Assembly (NCBI GenBank): GCA_963755715.1
Contig: CAVWLW010000021.1
Location: forward strand, 1 to 64,000
Reading direction: 5' to 3'
Origin: an uncultured delta proteobacterium
GTDB taxonomy: Bacteria > Desulfobacterota > Binatia > UBA9968
DNA: 64,000 nt
Made by a program: the position numbers and the translations under genes. Below, one piece after another: positions 39,248-49,281 of the stretch (within the stretch, counting starts at the first letter, position 1; every line of letters begins with the position of its first letter). The notes beneath the pieces are model-generated. The model was not told the DNA's origin. It made no database searches and saw only the letters and a program-made list of their open reading frames with translations.

Positions 39248-39296
39248 GCACTCGCACGCCAAATACAACTATCGCCAAATACGGAGATCATGAATC

Positions 39297-40763
39297 GTGA
39301 GAACTGAAAACATTCCCGTAGTCGTAGTCGGCGGCGGCAGCGCCGCTTTTGAGGCGGCGGTCGCGGCTAAGCAAGCGGGCGCGCCGCAAGTCGTCATGCT
39401 CGAAAAAGCGCCGGAGCCCGAGTTCGGCGGCAACGCGCGGTTTTCCCATACCGGATTTCGCTGGGTGTTTTCCGGCGCGGATGAAATCCGTAAGTTTCTG
39501 CCCGATTTGGATGCGGCGACGTTTCAGAAATTGAACTTGCCTGCCTATTCCGCGGACCAATTTCACGCCGATTTGCAGCGGGTCACACGCGGCCGCATCG
39601 ATAAGACGCTGGCGGACAGTCTCGTCAATCAATCTAATGCCGCGATTCATTGGATGCGCGAACTCGGTATCCGATGGGAGATCGATAGCCACGTGATCAT
39701 CGATGGTCGCTATTATTTTGAGCCGGGGCTCGTGATCCATCCCGTGGGCGGCGTCACCGGGGGCCTCGGGCAACTGGGGCAATGGCGTGAAATAGCGCTC
39801 GGCATGGGCGTCGAGCTTCGCTATGAGTCACGGGTGCGAAACTTGCTCGGTAATGACCGCCGGATCGAGGGCGTGGTCGTTTCCGATCCGAACGAAGAAT
39901 ACGAAATCAAGACGGGTTCGATCATTCTATGCGCGGGCGGTTTTCAAGCCAATGCTGAAATGCGCGCGCGCTATCTCGGCTCCAACGCCGACTTGATGAA
40001 GGTGCGGGGCAGCAAGCATGACACCGGCGAGGTGCTGATGATGGCTCTCGCCATGGGCGCGAAAGCGGCCGGCCATTGGCAAGGCGCCCATGCCACGCCG
40101 ATCGATTCGACGTACCCCGACGTGGAGATCGGCAGTAAAGCCAATCGCTATGGTTATCCGTACGGCATCACCGTCAATACTTTGGGACAGCGTTTTTTCG
40201 ACGAAGGCGAAGCGCGCCACTCGTACACCTATGCGAAAACAGGCTGGGCAGTGCTGGGTCAGCCGGGCGCGCTCGCCTATCAGATCTACGACCAGAAGAC
40301 CATTCCACTGCTCGGCACAAGATACGAGTTTTCCACGCCCATAGAAGCCAACACCATTGATGAACTAGCCAGCAAGATCGGCATCGAATCCGCTGTGCTC
40401 AATCACACGATAAAAGAATTCAACAATGCTGCACGCAAAGACGTTCCGTTCGATGCGACGAAGCTAGACGGCAAGTGCACGGAAGGGATCACGCCGAAAA
40501 AATCCAACTGGTCAAGCCCCATCGACAAGCCGCCGTATTGGGCGTTTTCGATCACCGGCGGTGTCACGTTCACCTTCGGCGGATTGCAGATCAATACTCA
40601 AGCGCAGGTACTCAACACATCGAACAATCCAATCCGCGGTTTGTTCGCCTCCGGTGACATCATCGGCTTGTTTTTCCATAACTATCCTTCTTGCACTGGG
40701 CAGACTCGCAACGTGGTTTTTTCGCGGTTAGCTGGACGAAACGCGGCGGCGCTGGGGCTTTAG
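39297..40763 (+). CDS. FAD-dependent oxidoreductase, TcuA/flavocytochrome c (SdhA/FrdA) family
   Basis: VVGGGSAA, LEKAP..GGNARFS, AGGFQAN, VRGS, GVTFTFGGL, FFHNYP. Confidence 0.85.
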   Translation: MRTENIPVVVVGGGSAAFEAAVAAKQAGAPQVVMLEKAPEPEFGGNARFSHTGFRWVFSGADEIRKFLPDLDAATFQKLNLPAYSADQFHADLQRVTRGRIDKTLADSLVNQSNAAIHWMRELGIRWEIDSHVIIDGRYYFEPGLVIHPVGGVTGGLGQLGQWREIALGMGVELRYESRVRNLLGNDRRIEGVVVSDPNEEYEIKTGSIILCAGGFQANAEMRARYLGSNADLMKVRGSKHDTGEVLMMALAMGAKAAGHWQGAHATPIDSTYPDVEIGSKANRYGYPYGITVNTLGQRFFDEGEARHSYTYAKTGWAVLGQPGALAYQIYDQKTIPLLGTRYEFSTPIEANTIDELASKIGIESAVLNHTIKEFNNAARKDVPFDATKLDGKCTEGITPKKSNWSSPIDKPPYWAFSITGGVTFTFGGLQINTQAQVLNTSNNPIRGLFASGDIIGLFFHNYPSCTGQTRNVVFSRLAGRNAAALGL

Positions 40764-40834
40764 ATTTGCAGAATTGAGTTGACCACCGATACTCTCGGCA
40801 GCTTCACTCAGTCCCATCCGACGTTCTGGTTTTT

Positions 40835-42196
40835 CTACAGCTCGATAGTTCCTACCCCATCACGATTCACGACCTTCGAGCCATAGCGCTTTGACAACCG
40901 GGCGACACGTCCCAGGACGCGATTGGCGACTTCGCCTTCGGCGAGCAAGGGTCTGCCTCGTTGTGGGCGTGGACGGCCGAAGCCTTGGTCGATCGGATGA
41001 ATTTTGATTGTCTTGAGTTTGCTTCGGCTGAACTCGCAGAGAGCGAACATGTTTTCCCAATAGGCGGGCTCGCTCGGGTGGCCCTTTTTGCCACCGTTGG
41101 TGCGGGCGTCGAGGAAGTCGGACGGTGTGGCTTTCAGATCCAAGTCGAAACGCTCATAGGCGTCGGCCGGGAAGAAGCCGACGGTTTCGTTTTGAAAGAT
41201 CAAATTGCCGACGCTGTAAAAGATTGGCCGCTCTTTGTAGATTTCGATGCCCAAGGGGAAATGGGGGCCGTGACCGACGACGATGTCGGCGCCGGCGTCG
41301 ATGGCGCTGTGGGCGAATTCGACGATGAAATCCGCGGGCTCTTCGAGTTCGGCACGGGTCGCGGCCGTGAGCAAACTGGCGCCGCCGAATTCATGACAGT
41401 GCACGCTGACCACGACCCAGTCGGCCTGGCGGCGCGCCTCGCGGATCCAGCGCAGATTGTCCTGCAGGTCGCGTTCGTTGACCTGGGTCGCGATGGAAAA
41501 ACCTTCGCTGCCGACGAAGCGGCTACCGAGCAGACTCAGCTCCGCCGACTTGGCATCGGGAATTTCTTTGTCACTGTAAAAATGCTTTCGCGCTCTTTCA
41601 TGGCTTTTTTCAAAACCGAGTTCGCGGCTGATGCGTTTTAGTTGTTCGAAGGCTGCGGGGTCGACACGGTGCGTCGTTTGAAATCCTAAAGGATTGATTC
41701 CTGGCCGGCCGCGCAAGTCGGGACGCTGCTCGCCGGCTTGATTCCAGGGTCTGAACGTCGCCGTGGTGGCAACGAGCGCCACGCGACCATTCGGCGTATC
41801 GAGATAAGCCGGCGCCCGCGCCTCAGCGAGATTTTTCCCAGTGCCGGCATGCGCCAGGCCGGCACTGTCGAGATGTTTGATATTCGCCAGCACACCGCCT
41901 TCACCGTAATCGAAGGCGTGATTGTTGGCGCAGCAAATCAGATTGATGCCGAGCCATTTCAAGTCCTCAAGCAAATTTGGATCGGTCGTCATGAAGGTGC
42001 CCTGCGTAATTCCGGGCGTGCCCTCGTCCCAATCGTGCACGGTACCTTCGAGATTGGCGAAGGCGGCGTCGGCGCTGCGCAGAATTTCGCGCAAAGCCAA
42101 GAAGCGTGGTTCTGTGAAAGGCGTGAGTTTACGCGTGAGCATGGTGTCGCCGGCGAGCGCAATGGTGAAATTTCCCGTTTCGGCTTGGTAAATCAT
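40835..42196 (-). CDS. CapA/PGA_cap family metallophosphoesterase-fold protein
   Basis: AGDTML, ANLEG, ANNHAFDYG, SVHCHE, GHGPH, YSVGN. Confidence 0.9.
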   Translation of the reverse strand: MIYQAETGNFTIALAGDTMLTRKLTPFTEPRFLALREILRSADAAFANLEGTVHDWDEGTPGITQGTFMTTDPNLLEDLKWLGINLICCANNHAFDYGEGGVLANIKHLDSAGLAHAGTGKNLAEARAPAYLDTPNGRVALVATTATFRPWNQAGEQRPDLRGRPGINPLGFQTTHRVDPAAFEQLKRISRELGFEKSHERARKHFYSDKEIPDAKSAELSLLGSRFVGSEGFSIATQVNERDLQDNLRWIREARRQADWVVVSVHCHEFGGASLLTAATRAELEEPADFIVEFAHSAIDAGADIVVGHGPHFPLGIEIYKERPIFYSVGNLIFQNETVGFFPADAYERFDLDLKATPSDFLDARTNGGKKGHPSEPAYWENMFALCEFSRSKLKTIKIHPIDQGFGRPRPQRGRPLLAEGEVANRVLGRVARLSKRYGSKVVNRDGVGTIEL

Positions 42197-42361
42197 TTTT
42201 ATCTCCCGACTTCTTGATTCGTGTCTTTCGCAGTCGATGCCGAGGAATCTCGTTTTGAGTCGAGACCCTCCATCACAGAATTCAAGATGACGCCGTGACG
42301 TTCATTGCGGATAAGCCATTATTCGATTCTTTGAACGCGATTGGCGATTTTAGTCTCAAAT

Positions 42362-43372
42362 TTATTTCAATCCCATCACCTTCCGGTACGTTTGAAAATA
42401 TTCGTTGTAGCGTGACGCCAGTGTCATCGGCAGCGGTACGATTTTCGTTTTTGGCGGCGCTTCACTGAGAATAGGCGAACTGACATCCGTGCGCGGCGCG
42501 AAGTAGCCGGCTGCGCCGAGGATTTCCTGGCCCTCGCGCGATAATAGAAAATCAACGAGCAAACGCGCCGCGCTCGGATGGGGCGCGTCTTTGACGACGC
42601 CGAGGCCGAAGGTGAGGCCGATGACTGGCTCGGGCGCGATCCAGTCGATCGGCGCGCCGTCTTTTTTCAGACGATCGACGCCATTGGCAAAAGCGACCAC
42701 GGCGACGGGGCGCTCGCCGGCGGCGACCATGGTTTGGATCAACGAGTGGCCGGTGCGAAACTGAATATCCTGGGCGGCGAGCTTGCGTAAAAGGTCCAAA
42801 GTTTTTGCCTCGCCTGAGTAGGTCATCATGCCAGCCATCCATTTGCTCTCGTTTTCATCCATGATCAGTTGGCCTTTCCATTTGGGCTCGGTTAAATCCC
42901 AGAAGCCCTTCGGCATCGGCAGGCCGGGAAATCGGCGCGTATTGTAGGCGATCACGTTGAGCGTGGCCGAGTGCAGAGTCCAAAGACCTTTGTCGTCTTT
43001 GTAGTCGGCGGGAAAAGCGGCGCGCTCGGGAGAATGGTAGCTGTCGAAGATTCCCTTCTGTAGCACGCCGTAAAAATCGAACCCCGATTGGTGCACGACG
43101 TCGGCGGAAATCTTGCGCGCTTGTGCTTCGGCAACCAGGCGCGTGGCCATTTTTTCCGAACCGATGCGCACGGCGTCAACTTTGATGAAGGGATATTTCT
43201 TTTCAAAGGCGGCGGTGAGCCGTTGCGCAGACTGAGCTTCCATCGAAGCGTAAAGGACGACTTGTGCTTCTTTCCTCGCACCGTCAAGCGCCGGCTGTGC
43301 CGCCCCCGCTTCGAAATTGAGAAAAACCAGAGCGAAGATTAGACACCGGTTCGAACCTGAGCGAAACGTCAT
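42362..43372 (-). CDS. ABC substrate-binding protein, Fe(III)/thiamine/polyamine-type
   Basis: AFEKKYPFIKV, YNT, DLTEPKWKGQ, APHPSAARLLVDFLLSREGQ. Confidence 0.85.
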   Translation of the reverse strand: MTFRSGSNRCLIFALVFLNFEAGAAQPALDGARKEAQVVLYASMEAQSAQRLTAAFEKKYPFIKVDAVRIGSEKMATRLVAEAQARKISADVVHQSGFDFYGVLQKGIFDSYHSPERAAFPADYKDDKGLWTLHSATLNVIAYNTRRFPGLPMPKGFWDLTEPKWKGQLIMDENESKWMAGMMTYSGEAKTLDLLRKLAAQDIQFRTGHSLIQTMVAAGERPVAVVAFANGVDRLKKDGAPIDWIAPEPVIGLTFGLGVVKDAPHPSAARLLVDFLLSREGQEILGAAGYFAPRTDVSSPILSEAPPKTKIVPLPMTLASRYNEYFQTYRKVMGLK

Positions 43373-43507
43373 GGTACCGCTCCTTGAGATTGGTTTATGA
43401 CGCGTTGCGGAGATGAACCACCGACTAACACCAACGGCGCTGGATCGTCAACGTCAACCTTGCCGGTGAATCTGAAACTCATAAAACCGTGTGGCTTCAC
43501 CGTTACC

Positions 43508-43536
43508 TTGACTTCGCTAAATTTTTCTCGTAGAAA
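43508..43536 (+). promoter_or_regulatory. Putative sigma70 promoter of the nuo operon
   Basis: TTGACT, 17 bp, TAGAAA upstream of nuoA. Confidence 0.4.
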
Positions 43537-43599
43537 AAACTTAACAATCTTGATGATTTGCCTTGAAATTGTTCCATACCTTTTTCATTGCCACCGGAC

Positions 43600-43956
43600 A
43601 TGAATAATCCTTATTTCCCGCTGCTCGTGATCTTTGCGCTGGCGGCGGTCGTGGTACTGGCGCTGCTGTTGATTGCCTCGAAGGTCGGACCCAAATCGAG
43701 CAATCCGGCCAAAGCGGAGCCCTTCGAATCCGGCAACCCGCCGCGCGGCGACGCGCGCATTCGCATCTCGGTTAAATTCTATCTGATCGCGATGTTATTT
43801 CTGATCTTCGATCTCGAAGTCGTGTTCCTCTATCCGTGGGCGATTTATCTTCGTCAGTTGGGAGTTTTTGGCTTGGTACAGATGGGAATTTTCCTCGTCA
43901 TTCTGACGATCGGCTATGTCTACATGTGGAAAAAGGGCGCTCTGGACTGGGATTGA
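43600..43956 (+). CDS. nuoA: NADH-quinone oxidoreductase subunit A
   Basis: PFESG, KFYLIAMLFLIFDLEVVFLYPWA, KKGALDW. Confidence 0.95.
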   Translation: MNNPYFPLLVIFALAAVVVLALLLIASKVGPKSSNPAKAEPFESGNPPRGDARIRISVKFYLIAMLFLIFDLEVVFLYPWAIYLRQLGVFGLVQMGIFLVILTIGYVYMWKKGALDWD

Positions 43957-43962
43957 TGGCCA

Positions 43963-44526
43963 ATGGCGGAAACCAACTCTCAACTTTCAGCCGTTCAGGG
44001 GAAACTTGGTTCCAAGGTTATCGAGACTTCGGAGCCGCAGGGCGATGACGTGTTGATTCTTGACCGCAGCGACCTGCGAGAAAGTTTTCGCATCTTGAAG
44101 GAAGACCCGGAGCTCGATTTTGCTTTTTTATCGGATATCACGGCGGTGGATTATTGGCACAAGAAAGAACCACGTTTCGAAGTCGTCTATCAGATTTTGT
44201 CGCGCGCCAAACGAAGACGGCTGCGGATTCGAGTGCCGGTGCCGGAAAATGATCCGTCCGTGGAGTCGCTCACGCCGCTTTGGCGCGGCGCGAATTTCAT
44301 GGAGCGCGAAGTCTGGGATCTTTTCGGCATCCGTTTTATCGATCATCCGGATTTGCGACGCATTCTTTTGTATGATGAATTTAAAGGCTATCCGCTGCGC
44401 AAAGACTATCCGGTCAACTTAGTCCAGCCGCGGGTTCCCGAGCGGCCCGTCGATGGCACGTTTGTCGATGAGCGCTCACGGAATAAATTATTGCGCCTGC
44501 AAAAATCTTTGGGCAGCAAGATTTAA
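43963..44526 (+). CDS. nuoC: NADH-quinone oxidoreductase subunit C
   Basis: DITAVDY, RFEVVY, EREVWDLFGI, GYPLRKDYP. Confidence 0.95.
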   Translation: MAETNSQLSAVQGKLGSKVIETSEPQGDDVLILDRSDLRESFRILKEDPELDFAFLSDITAVDYWHKKEPRFEVVYQILSRAKRRRLRIRVPVPENDPSVESLTPLWRGANFMEREVWDLFGIRFIDHPDLRRILLYDEFKGYPLRKDYPVNLVQPRVPERPVDGTFVDERSRNKLLRLQKSLGSKI

Positions 44527-44535
44527 CGCATTGCG

Positions 44536-45726
44536 ATGAAAGCAGAAACCAAAGAGCTTCCTTCGGAGATCATGGAACTGCAGATGGGGCCGTCCCATCC
44601 AGCGACCCATGGGACCATCAAGTTTAATCTCAAGCTCGACGGCGAGAAAGTGCTCGATTGCGACGTCGAAGTCGGATTTCTCCATCGCGGTTTTGACAAG
44701 AGCTGTGAGCAAGCGACCTGGACTCAAGTCATTCCTTATACGGACCGTCTGAACTACGCCTCGTCGCTGATCAACAACGTGGGTTACGCCCTGGCCGTGG
44801 AAAAACTGATCGGCGCCGAAACGCCGTTGCGCTGCCAGTACATTCGCGTGATCGTCAGCGAGCTGGCGCGGCTTTACGATCACCTCACCTGCTGTGGCAT
44901 GGCGTCATCGGAGCTCGGCGCGATCACCGCCGGTTTTTACATGATCGAGGCGCGCGAGCTGATTACTCGAATTATCGAGAATTTAACCGGCGCGCGCCTC
45001 ACAGTGACTTATGTGCGCATCGGTGGCTTGAAACACGACCTGCCGCACGACTTTGCCGAGAGCGTAACCCGGGCCTTTAAGACCATCCGCAAGCTGCTCG
45101 ACGATTGCGATCGTTTGCTTTCGCGTAACCGGATTTTTCTCGACCGCGTGTCGAACGTCGGCGTTATTTCCCAGGAAACCGCGTTGAGCTATTGCCTCAC
45201 CGGGCCGATCCTGCGCTCCACCGGCGTCGATTACGACGTACGCAAGGCTTTTCCCTATTTGGTTTATGACCAGCTCGATTTCGAGGTGCCGGTGGGCAGT
45301 CGGGGTGATAACTACGACCGGTTCCTTTGCCGCATCCGTGAGATCGAGCAGAGCATGAAGATCGTCGAGCAGGCACTGGCGAACCTGCCGGTGGGGCCGG
45401 TATGGATCGAAGACCCGCGCTTCGTCTTGCCGGAGAAAGAAAAAGTTTACGGCAGCATCGAAGGGCTGATGCATCATTTCAAGATCATCATGGAAGGGAT
45501 CCATGTTCCCGCCGGTGAAACTTACTTCGCGGTCGAAGGCGGCAACGGCGAATTGGGCTTCTACATCGTCAGCGACGGCGGCGGCAGGCCCTACCGCATC
45601 CGCGTGCGCCCGCCGTGCTTTATCGCCATGGGAGCGTTTCACGAAATGATCAAAGGTTACATGGTCGCCGATATTGTGCCGACGTTCGGCATGGTGAACA
45701 TGATCGGCGGGGAGTGCGATAGGTAA
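44536..45726 (+). CDS. nuoD: NADH-quinone oxidoreductase subunit D
   Basis: MGPSHPATHG, GFLHRG, DRLNY, GELG, GECDR. Confidence 0.96.
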   Translation: MKAETKELPSEIMELQMGPSHPATHGTIKFNLKLDGEKVLDCDVEVGFLHRGFDKSCEQATWTQVIPYTDRLNYASSLINNVGYALAVEKLIGAETPLRCQYIRVIVSELARLYDHLTCCGMASSELGAITAGFYMIEARELITRIIENLTGARLTVTYVRIGGLKHDLPHDFAESVTRAFKTIRKLLDDCDRLLSRNRIFLDRVSNVGVISQETALSYCLTGPILRSTGVDYDVRKAFPYLVYDQLDFEVPVGSRGDNYDRFLCRIREIEQSMKIVEQALANLPVGPVWIEDPRFVLPEKEKVYGSIEGLMHHFKIIMEGIHVPAGETYFAVEGGNGELGFYIVSDGGGRPYRIRVRPPCFIAMGAFHEMIKGYMVADIVPTFGMVNMIGGECDR

Positions 45727-45790
45727 GTCGGGGATAGAAGGATAGGAGTTCTTCTATCTTCCGATCTTCCATGCTCGGTTCAAACGAAAA

Positions 45791-46264
45791 ATGGCACTAG
45801 AATTTTCACCTGGGACACTGAAGAAGTTCGAAGAAACTGTGGCGCGCTACCCGAAAAAGGAAGCGGCCATGTTGCCGGTGCTTTACCTGGCGCAAGAGGA
45901 ATTTGGCCATTTGGGGCCTGAGGCGATTGAATATGTCGCCACATTGATGGAGCAGACGCCGGCGCGGGTGCATGGCGTGGTGAGCTTTTACACCATGTTC
46001 AACATGAAGCCGATCGGCCGCCATCATATTCAAGTTTGCCGTACGCTGTCTTGCGCCCTCGGCGGCGCCGAAAAGATGACGGCGTTCATTAAACAAAAAC
46101 TCGGTATCGAGATCGGGCAAACCACGGCTGACGGACGATTTACTTTAAGCGAAGTGGAATGTCTCGCCTCGTGCGGCACCGCGCCGATGATGCAAATCAA
46201 CGACGAATATTACGAAAATCTCAACGAAGACAAAGTAGCGGTCATTCTGGAAAACCTGAAATAG
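45791..46264 (+). CDS. nuoE: NADH-quinone oxidoreductase subunit E
   Basis: SFYTMF, CRTLSC, ECLASCGTAP (2Fe-2S ligands). Confidence 0.95.
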   Translation: MALEFSPGTLKKFEETVARYPKKEAAMLPVLYLAQEEFGHLGPEAIEYVATLMEQTPARVHGVVSFYTMFNMKPIGRHHIQVCRTLSCALGGAEKMTAFIKQKLGIEIGQTTADGRFTLSEVECLASCGTAPMMQINDEYYENLNEDKVAVILENLK

Positions 46265-46330
46265 CGACGAGGACCGAAGAGCACTGAGCGTCGTCGAATC
46301 TCCGGTTTACGTCGTTTCTATCTGATCGAG

Positions 46331-47596
46331 ATGGAAAAAATTCTGCTCCGTAACGTCGGTGTTGCCGACTCCCACACGCTGGCGGCCTATGCTGGGCGGG
46401 GCGGTTATCGCTCTTGGCAGAAAGTCGTCGAGAGCATGAAGCCGGCGGAGCTGATCGACGAAGTCAAAGCGTCCGGGCTACGCGGCCGCGGCGGCGCGGG
46501 GTTCCCCACCGGCATGAAGTGGAGCTTTGTCCCGAAAGACAACCCAAAGCCCAAATACCTCGTCTGCAACGCGGACGAAAGCGAGCCGGGCACTTTCAAA
46601 GATCGCTTGCTGATTGAGCAAGATCCCCATGCGGTCATAGAAGGGACTTTGATTTCAGCTTACGCGATTCAGTCGCACACGGCCTTTATTTATATTCGGG
46701 GCGAGATGGTCTACGGCGCCACGCGGCTGGAGCGCGCCGTCGAGGAGGCTTATCGAGCCGGCTTCATCGGTAAGAATATTTTTGGCTCCGGTTACGACTT
46801 GGACCTAATCGTCCATCGTGGCGCGGGCGCCTATATCTGCGGCGAAGAAACCGCGTTGCTGTCGTCATTGGAAGGCAGCCGCGGCTGGCCTAAACTGAAG
46901 CCGCCGTTTCCAGCGACCCACGGCCTTTTCGGTTGTCCGACGGTGGTGAACAATGTCGAGACGCTGGCCGCCTTGCCCTGGATCATCGAGCGCGGCGCGC
47001 CGGCTTATGCCGCTATTGGCACAGAGAAAAGCAAGGGGACGAAGCTCTTCAGCGTCAGCGGTCATATCGCCAAGCCCGGCGTCTACGAGTTGGAAATGGG
47101 TTATCCGTTCAAAAAGTTTCTCGAAGAGGATTGCGGCGGCGTGCCGGGCGGCAAAAAACTCAAAGGCGTGATTCCCGGCGGCGGTTCGATGCCCGTGATG
47201 CTTCCCGACGAGATTGACAAAGTGAACCTCGACTACGAATCAGTTCAGGCCGCGGGCAGTCTGCTCGGTTCGGGCGGCGTGATCGTCATGGACGAAAGCA
47301 CCTGCATGGTGCGGGCCGCGTTGAACCTTTCTCGATTCTTCGCGCACGAGTCCTGCGGCCAATGCAGCCCATGCCGCGAAGGCTGCCACTGGATGGAGAA
47401 GATTCTGCACCGGATCGAATATGGCCAGGGCGAACAAGGTGATTTGGATCTGATTCTCAACATCGCGGGCAACATCGCGGGCAACACGATCTGCCCCTTC
47501 GGTGATGCCGCCGCCTGGCCGCCGGGCGCATTCATACGCAAATTTCGCGGCGAATTTGAAGCGCACGTCGCAGAGAAACGGTGCACGGTGGGATAA
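46331..47596 (+). CDS. nuoF: NADH-quinone oxidoreductase subunit F
   Basis: GLRGRGGAGFPTG, NADESEPGTFKDR, GAGAYICGEET, ESCGQCSPCREG, TICPFG. Confidence 0.97.
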   Translation: MEKILLRNVGVADSHTLAAYAGRGGYRSWQKVVESMKPAELIDEVKASGLRGRGGAGFPTGMKWSFVPKDNPKPKYLVCNADESEPGTFKDRLLIEQDPHAVIEGTLISAYAIQSHTAFIYIRGEMVYGATRLERAVEEAYRAGFIGKNIFGSGYDLDLIVHRGAGAYICGEETALLSSLEGSRGWPKLKPPFPATHGLFGCPTVVNNVETLAALPWIIERGAPAYAAIGTEKSKGTKLFSVSGHIAKPGVYELEMGYPFKKFLEEDCGGVPGGKKLKGVIPGGGSMPVMLPDEIDKVNLDYESVQAAGSLLGSGGVIVMDESTCMVRAALNLSRFFAHESCGQCSPCREGCHWMEKILHRIEYGQGEQGDLDLILNIAGNIAGNTICPFGDAAAWPPGAFIRKFRGEFEAHVAEKRCTVG

Positions 47597-47602
47597 TAAA
47601 CC

Positions 47603-47663
47603 GTAGGGGCGGACCTGCGTGTCCGCCCTGTTCGGACGGGCGACCACACAGGGTCGCCCCTAC
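47603..47663. repeat. GTAG-type REP doublet (REPIN-like) between nuoF and nuoG
   Basis: GTAGGGGCGGACCTGCGTGTCCGCCC, 9-bp spacer, GGGCGACCACACAGGGTCGCCCCTAC: two inverted, individually hairpin-forming units with GTAG feet. Confidence 0.8.
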
Positions 47664-47678
47664 ATAAAAATTAGATTC

Positions 47679-49281
47679 ATGGATCCGGTAAAGATCACTA
47701 TCGACGGCAAGGAAGTCGTCACCACCAAAGGCAAGACGGTCATTCAGGCGGCCGACGATGTCGGCATCCCGATTCCGATTCCGCGCTATTGCTATCATCC
47801 GAAGCTTTCCATCGCGGGCAATTGCCGCATGTGCATGGTCGAGATCGAGAAAATGCCCAAGCTGCAGATCGCCTGCAACACGCAGGTGGCCGAGGGCATG
47901 TCTGTTTTGACCCAAAGCCCCAAGGTCTTGGCGGTGCGCAAGTCGGTCTTGGAATTCTTGCTGGTCAATCATCCCGTGGACTGTCCGATCTGCGATCAAG
48001 CCGGCGAGTGCTTGCTCCAAGACTATTACATGGAGCACGACCGCCAGGAGAGCCGCTTCGACGTGGGCAAGGTCCACGATCGCAAGAAAACGATTTTTGG
48101 GCCCAACGTTATTTTCGACGGCGAGCGCTGCATCAAATGCACGCGTTGCGTGCGTTTCTGCCAGGAGATCACCAAGACCGACGAGCTGACGGTGATCAAT
48201 CGCGGCGATCACTCGACCATTGCGCTGTTCGACAACACGGTGCTCGACAATCCGCTGTCGGCCAACGTCGTCGACATTTGTCCGGTCGGCGCGCTGACCG
48301 ATCGGGATTTTCGCTTCAAAGTGCGAGTCTGGTATCTGCAAAAAACCCCGTCGATCTGCCCGGGCTGCAGCACCGGCTGCAACATCAGCGTCGAAGCCTA
48401 TCAGAATCGGATCGCGCGCTTTAAGCCGCGGATCAATGAAGCGGTCAACAGCCATTGGCTTTGCGACGAGGGGCGCTATTGCTTTCACGATCTGGCCGGT
48501 GGCGAACGTTTGACCACGCCGATGATTCGCCAAGAAGGCGGACTGGTGCCAACGACCTGGGAAAAGGCGCTCCAAGCCGTTTATTCCGGTCTTAAATCGG
48601 CGCAGCCCGTGGCCGGGATTCTTTCCGGAAGAAATACCAACGAAGAAGCGTTTCTTGTTTGCCAAGCTCGTTAAGAAGCTCGCCGCCGACTATGCGCTCG
48701 AAGTGTTTTACCAGGAACGCGAGCTCACCCAAGTGCAAAAGATTCTCATGAGCCCGGATCGCTCGCCCAACTTTCGCGGCGCGCGCGCGATGGGCGTGAG
48801 CACCAACGGCGGTTTCGATGCGCTCATGCAAAAACTGATCGCCGGGAGCTTCTCTGCTGCCTATGTCGTCGGTGAAGATCTGCTCGCCAGCGCGGCCGAG
48901 CCGGATCAAGCGCGGGCCGCGTTGCAAAAACTTCCCTTTTTGGTCGTGCAGGATACGCGCATGACGGAGACCGTGAAGCTCGCGCATGTGGTTTTGCCGG
49001 CGACGCACTTCGGCGAAAAGGAGGGGACCTACACCAATCGCCAAGGCCGCCTGCAAAAACTCAACGCCGCCCTGATCCCGCCCGAGGGCGCGCTGCAGGA
49101 CAGCGAGATATTCACGCGTTTGTTGGATCTTGCCGGAGAGAAAAACGGGTATACGACGACGGCGGAGATTTTTGCGGCGTTGAGCCATGAAGTTTCCGCC
49201 TATGCGAATATAGACTACGATTCGATCGATGATCAGGGGATAGAGCTGGAAGCGGCGGTGGCGGAAAATCATGATCGTTGA
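47679..49281 (+). CDS. nuoG: NADH-quinone oxidoreductase subunit G, short form (about 533 aa; apparent +1 frameshift near 48652)
   Basis: CYHP..GNCRMC, HPVDCPICDQAGEC, RCIKCTRCVRFC, CPVGAL, CPGCSTGC...LCDEGR; second frame VVLPAT..EKEGTYTN.QGRLQ. Confidence 0.9.

Noticed and set aside
40835-42196. Poly-gamma-glutamate capsule locus
   Set aside because: Only a stand-alone CapA-domain gene without signal peptide; capB and capC are absent
45731-45770. Short inverted repeat gatagaag/cttctatc between nuoD and nuoE
   Set aside because: Only an 8-bp stem without a U-tract; insufficient to call a terminator or repeat family
47532-48665. 377-aa minus-strand ORF
   Set aside because: Antisense shadow of nuoG, typical of GC-rich coding DNA
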